32,000 nt of DNA from Bacillus subtilis subsp. subtilis str. 168 (GTDB lineage Bacteria > Bacillota > Bacilli > Bacillales > Bacillaceae). The stretch spans positions 2,250,001-2,282,000 of the forward strand of contig NC_000964.3 in the NCBI RefSeq assembly GCF_000009045.1, written 5' to 3'. The notes under the pieces are model-generated. The model saw only the letters and a list, made by a program, of their open reading frames with translations. It did no database searches and was not told where the DNA came from. Below are positions 28,602 to 32,000 of this stretch, in pieces. The position numbers and the translations under genes are program-made. Numbering within the stretch: position 1 is the first letter of the stretch; every line of letters begins with the position of its first letter.

Positions 28602-29675
28602 TTATCCTTGGTATGAATTTGTTACAAACTCTTTTGCTTTATTAGCAACAGCTTCCCAAGTGGCCGCAGCATTATCAAGATCCGTAGAAAGCTTATTGAT
28701 ATCCTCATTCTCAAACCCTTGTGCGAGTGAATAAAATTGATTTGCTATAGAATGCCAGTTTCCTTCAGTTTGTTCTATAAACTCCAGAGACCTTTCTGCC
28801 TGGTATATTACATTATGCAAGTCTATATTGATGCCGTGAAACAGACTTAAAACTTTTACAACTAATGCAACTTGTGCATCTACACCGTTTAAATTCTGAA
28901 AATTATCAATTCGTTGTTTAAACATTTGAACATCAGAATACTCTAACATTTCGGATACTATATACCCGATTAAAGGGCCTAACTCAGAGCTGAATTTTAC
29001 TTTCTCATTTATCTCATGCTCTTCAAGACTTTCACCCAACAATTTTTTAAATTGCATGAATATATTCAATAAATCATGTATCTCGCTCTCATCATTGTAT
29101 TGTGAATCTAAATAAGTCATTACTTCTTCAAAAGAATTGTTCAATTGTGTAACACCTATGAAGTTGTTACCTCCTTGAAGAAAGGAATTTAGTAGATTTT
29201 GAACATCTTTCATAGATTGTTGATTTTCATCGAGCTCTCTCATAAGTATAAGACAGACCTCATGAAAATCTTGAATAGCATCTTGTCTATCTTGATCATT
29301 GCTTGCAGTTGTAATTGCCCTTAAACCTGGTTGTAATGCTTCGTTTATCAATTCCGAAGTGGTAGACCCAACATTGTATATATCATTAGCCATTTTATTA
29401 ACACAGCTTAATAATTTCTCCAACCACCAGTCACACAACTTTTTATATTCGTTATAAACATCATATAATTTCTGAAAATCTTGAGGTATTTCAACGTTTT
29501 TCGGTAAGTTCAAATAAGTTTTCATCTCATCATTGCTCACAGGCAAACCCGTTCCAGTAAGAATATTAGCTTGAGTTTTTGCCCAATATCCAGTAGATAT
29601 TAGCCCATCTCTTCCTAATAAAAGATCCTGTGGTCCATATTGGGATGTTGCATCTAAAAGATTATCATATTTCAT
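28602..29675 (-). CDS. yokG: All-alpha-helical 357-aa protein of unknown function (possibly Cry6A/ClyA-like)
   Basis: ATG 29675 follows AAAGGGCGGG. There is no signal peptide, and helix-forming heptad-like composition runs throughout. I recall YokG being grouped with the Cry6A family; this is unverified here. Confidence 0.85.
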   Translation of the reverse strand: MKYDNLLDATSQYGPQDLLLGRDGLISTGYWAKTQANILTGTGLPVSNDEMKTYLNLPKNVEIPQDFQKLYDVYNEYKKLCDWWLEKLLSCVNKMANDIYNVGSTTSELINEALQPGLRAITTASNDQDRQDAIQDFHEVCLILMRELDENQQSMKDVQNLLNSFLQGGNNFIGVTQLNNSFEEVMTYLDSQYNDESEIHDLLNIFMQFKKLLGESLEEHEINEKVKFSSELGPLIGYIVSEMLEYSDVQMFKQRIDNFQNLNGVDAQVALVVKVLSLFHGINIDLHNVIYQAERSLEFIEQTEGNWHSIANQFYSLAQGFENEDINKLSTDLDNAAATWEAVANKAKEFVTNSYQG

Positions 29676-29891
29676 TTCTTGACCCGCCCTTTCATATCAT
29701 CTAGAGTTTATATATTTAATATAACAAAAAACCTACCAAATTATTTTATTTTTTCAATTTTTTATTCGATAAAAAAGTAAGACGGGAATCATTTTGTAGA
29801 GCAGATCGAAAATGAAAATGCAGCTAAACTAATTACAATGACAGTCGCCAGTTTTATTTCATCACAAGACAAAATTTAAGGAATAATTTAA

Positions 29892-29920
29892 TTCACAAAA
29901 ATTGGATACAGGATTATAAT
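29892..29920 (+). promoter_or_regulatory. Candidate sigmaA promoter of yokF
   Basis: TTCACA (29892-29897), 17-nt spacer, consensus TATAAT (29915-29920). Confidence 0.45.
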
Positions 29921-29976
29921 TATTGATGGTTTACCGATATAAATAGAGAACAAACATTCTAAAAGGGGAAATGAAG

Positions 29977-30867
29977 TTGAAGAAAGTATTATTAGGTTTT
30001 GCAGCATTCACTTTGAGCTTATCGTTGGCAGCCTGCAGCTCAAATGATTCTGAAAAAGTAAGCACAGAAAAAGAAACACCACAAGCGTCTACGGATGTGG
30101 AAAAGAAAACAGAACAAAAGGAATCTACTAAAGAAAAAACTGCTGACAAGTCTAAGGAAAAAGACAAAAAGGAATTGGTCGATGTTACTCTAGATAGAGC
30201 TGTTGATGGTGACACAATTAAAGTTACCTACAACGGAAATGTAGACACAGTACGCTACTTGCTCATAGACACACCTGAAACAAAGAAACCAAATTCTTGT
30301 GTTCAACCATATGGTGAGGATGCGTCAAAACGAAATAAAGAATTGGTCAACAGTGGTAAGCTGCAGCTTGAATTTGACAAAGGTGATCGCAGAGATAAAT
30401 ACGGAAGACTATTAGCTTATGTTTATGTGGATGGCAAATCTGTTCAGGAAACATTGCTAAAAGAAGGATTGGCCAGAGTAGCGTATGTATATGAGCCAAA
30501 TACGAAATACATAGATCAATTTAAGAAAGACGAGCAAGAAGCAAAATCAGAGAAGCTTTCAATCTGGAGCAAGAATGGATATGTGACTGACCGAGGATTT
30601 AATGGCTGTGTGAAAGAGAAAACCACTGCAGTTAAAAAAGCAACAACATCTAAACCGGCAGCAACACAGCCTACAACTCCAAAGGCATCAAGTGAAACTT
30701 CGACTACAACTGAAAAAGAAGCTTCTTCAGAGACAACTGGAGGAACAGAAACATTTAAAAATTGCACAGAGTTAAGAAAGAAATATCCGAATGGAGTGCC
30801 TAGCTCCCACCCTGCTTACCAATCTAAAATGGACAGGGATCATGACAACTATGCTTGTGAACGATGA
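29977..30867 (+). CDS. yokF: Lipoprotein staphylococcal-type (SNase) nuclease with C-terminal Excalibur calcium-binding domain
   Basis: TTG 29977 lies 7 nt after GGGGA (296 aa). Lipobox LSLAAC. SNase motifs: VDGDTIKV...RYLLIDTPE...YGRLLAYVY. Excalibur motif: FKNCTELRKKYPNG...DRDHDNYACE. Confidence 0.9.
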   Translation: MKKVLLGFAAFTLSLSLAACSSNDSEKVSTEKETPQASTDVEKKTEQKESTKEKTADKSKEKDKKELVDVTLDRAVDGDTIKVTYNGNVDTVRYLLIDTPETKKPNSCVQPYGEDASKRNKELVNSGKLQLEFDKGDRRDKYGRLLAYVYVDGKSVQETLLKEGLARVAYVYEPNTKYIDQFKKDEQEAKSEKLSIWSKNGYVTDRGFNGCVKEKTTAVKKATTSKPAATQPTTPKASSETSTTTEKEASSETTGGTETFKNCTELRKKYPNGVPSSHPAYQSKMDRDHDNYACER

Positions 30868-30880
30868 AAGGAGATAAGTG

Positions 30881-31363
30881 ATGGGACAAAAATTTCATAA
30901 ATTAAACTCTAAGTATGGAATCATAGATTATCCAATACTTTTAAAAGATCTTGAGTCCATCATTCAAGAATTCCCTAAATCAGAAAGAAAGTTTTATGAG
31001 TATGCAATTAAAGCTTTAAAAAAGGAAGTTGGGAAAAAGGAAAAGATTTTACATATGACTTCTGCAGATCCAAAGCTTACTAAATTTGGTTTTATGGTTA
31101 TCACTGAAAAGAAACTTCTATTTGTCACTATGAAAGGCGGTTTTTTCGGGGGTGCAGATACTGAAGTTGTTGAATTTAAAAGTATCAAAGAAGTTGACTT
31201 CGATATTGCTCCAAATCCCTTGGGAATGGCCACGATGCAATTGGGTATCCTCCATTTAAAAATCAAAGGTAAGCTTGGAATGAGTAGCAAGCGTACCATT
31301 AGAAATATTGATGAACATTCTCTTGATAAAATAGTAGCTATACTAAGAGAGCAAACAAAATAA
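30881..31363 (+). CDS. yokE: Bacterial PH-domain (YokE-like) protein
   Basis: ATG 30881 lies 7 nt after SD AAGGAG (160 aa). Contains FGFMVITEKKLLFVTMKGGFFGG, typical of bPH domains. Confidence 0.85.
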   Translation: MGQKFHKLNSKYGIIDYPILLKDLESIIQEFPKSERKFYEYAIKALKKEVGKKEKILHMTSADPKLTKFGFMVITEKKLLFVTMKGGFFGGADTEVVEFKSIKEVDFDIAPNPLGMATMQLGILHLKIKGKLGMSSKRTIRNIDEHSLDKIVAILREQTK

Positions 31364-31392
31364 AAAGCCCGTTTTTGGGCTTTTCTTTTTTT
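31363..31392 (+). terminator. yokE intrinsic terminator
   Basis: Arm AAAAGCCC (31363-31370) pairs with GGGCTTTT (31377-31384), followed by a long T-run. Confidence 0.75.
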
Positions 31393-31666
31393 ATATGGCT
31401 AAGTTAAAGATAAAGGTTGATTTAATATTATGGATAACGGAGTTTCTTATATTTTATGTAGTTTTAAATGGATTTCTAAGTTTACTTGGTTATTTATGTT
31501 AAACTAAATATAAAGAGATTGTAATAACTTCCACTTAAATTAACGGGTCAGTTAGTTTAAGAAGATGAATAAAAAAACAACACCTTTCATCAAGGGGTCT
31601 TGCTAATTTAATTGTTGCAAACTTACAGAGTATCTAATAAGAGGTTATAGATAGGAGATGAACTAA

Positions 31667-32000
31667 ATGAAAAAAATAGTTGAAAGTACAACTTTTCCAA
31701 GAACAAAACAGTCTATAACAGAAGATTTGAAAGCTTTAGGATTAAAGAAAGGGATGACCGTACTTGTACATTCCTCTTTATCTTCTATAGGATGGGTAAA
31801 TGGTGGAGCTGTTGCTGTGATTCAAGCATTAATAGATGTTGTTACTGAAGAAGGTACCATCGTGATGCCTTCTCAATCCGTGGAATTATCTGACCCAAAA
31901 GAATGGGGAAACCCTCCCGTACCAGAGGAGTGGTGGGATATTATTAGAGAAAGTATGCCAGCCTATAATTCTAACTATACCCCCACTACTAGAGGGATGG
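31667..32000 (+). CDS. yokD: Aminoglycoside N3-acetyltransferase (AAC(3)) family protein, 3' end outside the window
   Basis: Not in the ORF track because the frame is open at the window end. ATG 31667 follows SD AGGAG (31653-31657). Translation: [70 protein letters not shown]... Confidence 0.85.
   Translation, partial: MKKIVESTTFPRTKQSITEDLKALGLKKGMTVLVHSSLSSIGWVNGGAVAVIQALIDVVTEEGTIVMPSQSVELSDPKEWGNPPVPEEWWDIIRESMPAYNSNYTPTTRGM

Noticed and set aside
29931-30215. 94-aa minus-strand ORF overlapping the yokF 5' end
   Set aside because: It is antisense to the K/E/T-rich tether of YokF, has a Ser/Phe/Val-rich artefactual composition, and has no SD.
31590-31604. Motif TCAAGGGGTCTTGCT upstream of yokD, resembling TCAAGGGAGTCTTGCT (23553-23568) in the bsrG 5' UTR; considered as a possible second type I toxin leader
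   Set aside because: Only 7- and 8-nt exact blocks are shared. Matches of that size are expected by chance in 32 kb, and no hydrophobic small ORF or convergent promoter/terminator pair accompanies the second copy.

Overview
I recognise this window as the late-gene and accessory arm of a Bacillus subtilis SPbeta-type prophage. Identification rests on my memory of SPbeta proteins plus motifs read directly from the sequence; no database search was run. Positions 1-15169 (+ strand) hold the end of the tail module and the lysis cassette: tape-measure protein CwlP/YomI (5' end outside the window), yomH, yomG, yomF, yomE, a frame-split HNH endonuclease (yomD), and blyA-bhlA-bhlB. Positions 15225-20305 (- strand) hold the visibly AT-richer sublancin S-glycopeptide cluster, sunA-sunT-bdbA-sunS-bdbB, with the immunity gene sunI under its own terminator. 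Next comes an SOS-type translesion cassette (yolD-uvrX) with two LexA-box cores, then the secreted or unknown proteins yolC, yolB and yolA. The type I toxin-antitoxin pair bsrG/SR4 follows, and its promoters and terminators can be placed from the sequence. After it lies an LXG polymorphic-toxin island: yokI toxin, yokJ immunity, two extra SUKH/SMI1-KNR4 paralogs (yokK, yokH) and the GNAT gene yokL. The window ends with a decayed ISL3-like transposase remnant, the all-helical yokG, the lipoprotein nuclease yokF, the PH-domain protein yokE, and the start of the AAC(3)-family gene yokD. I saw no tRNA, rRNA or CRISPR array. Most modules are already described in the literature. The least explained parts are yomE, the split yomD HNH gene, yolA/yolB/yolC, the orphan immunity genes next to the IS scar, the YokI C-terminal toxin domain, and yokG.
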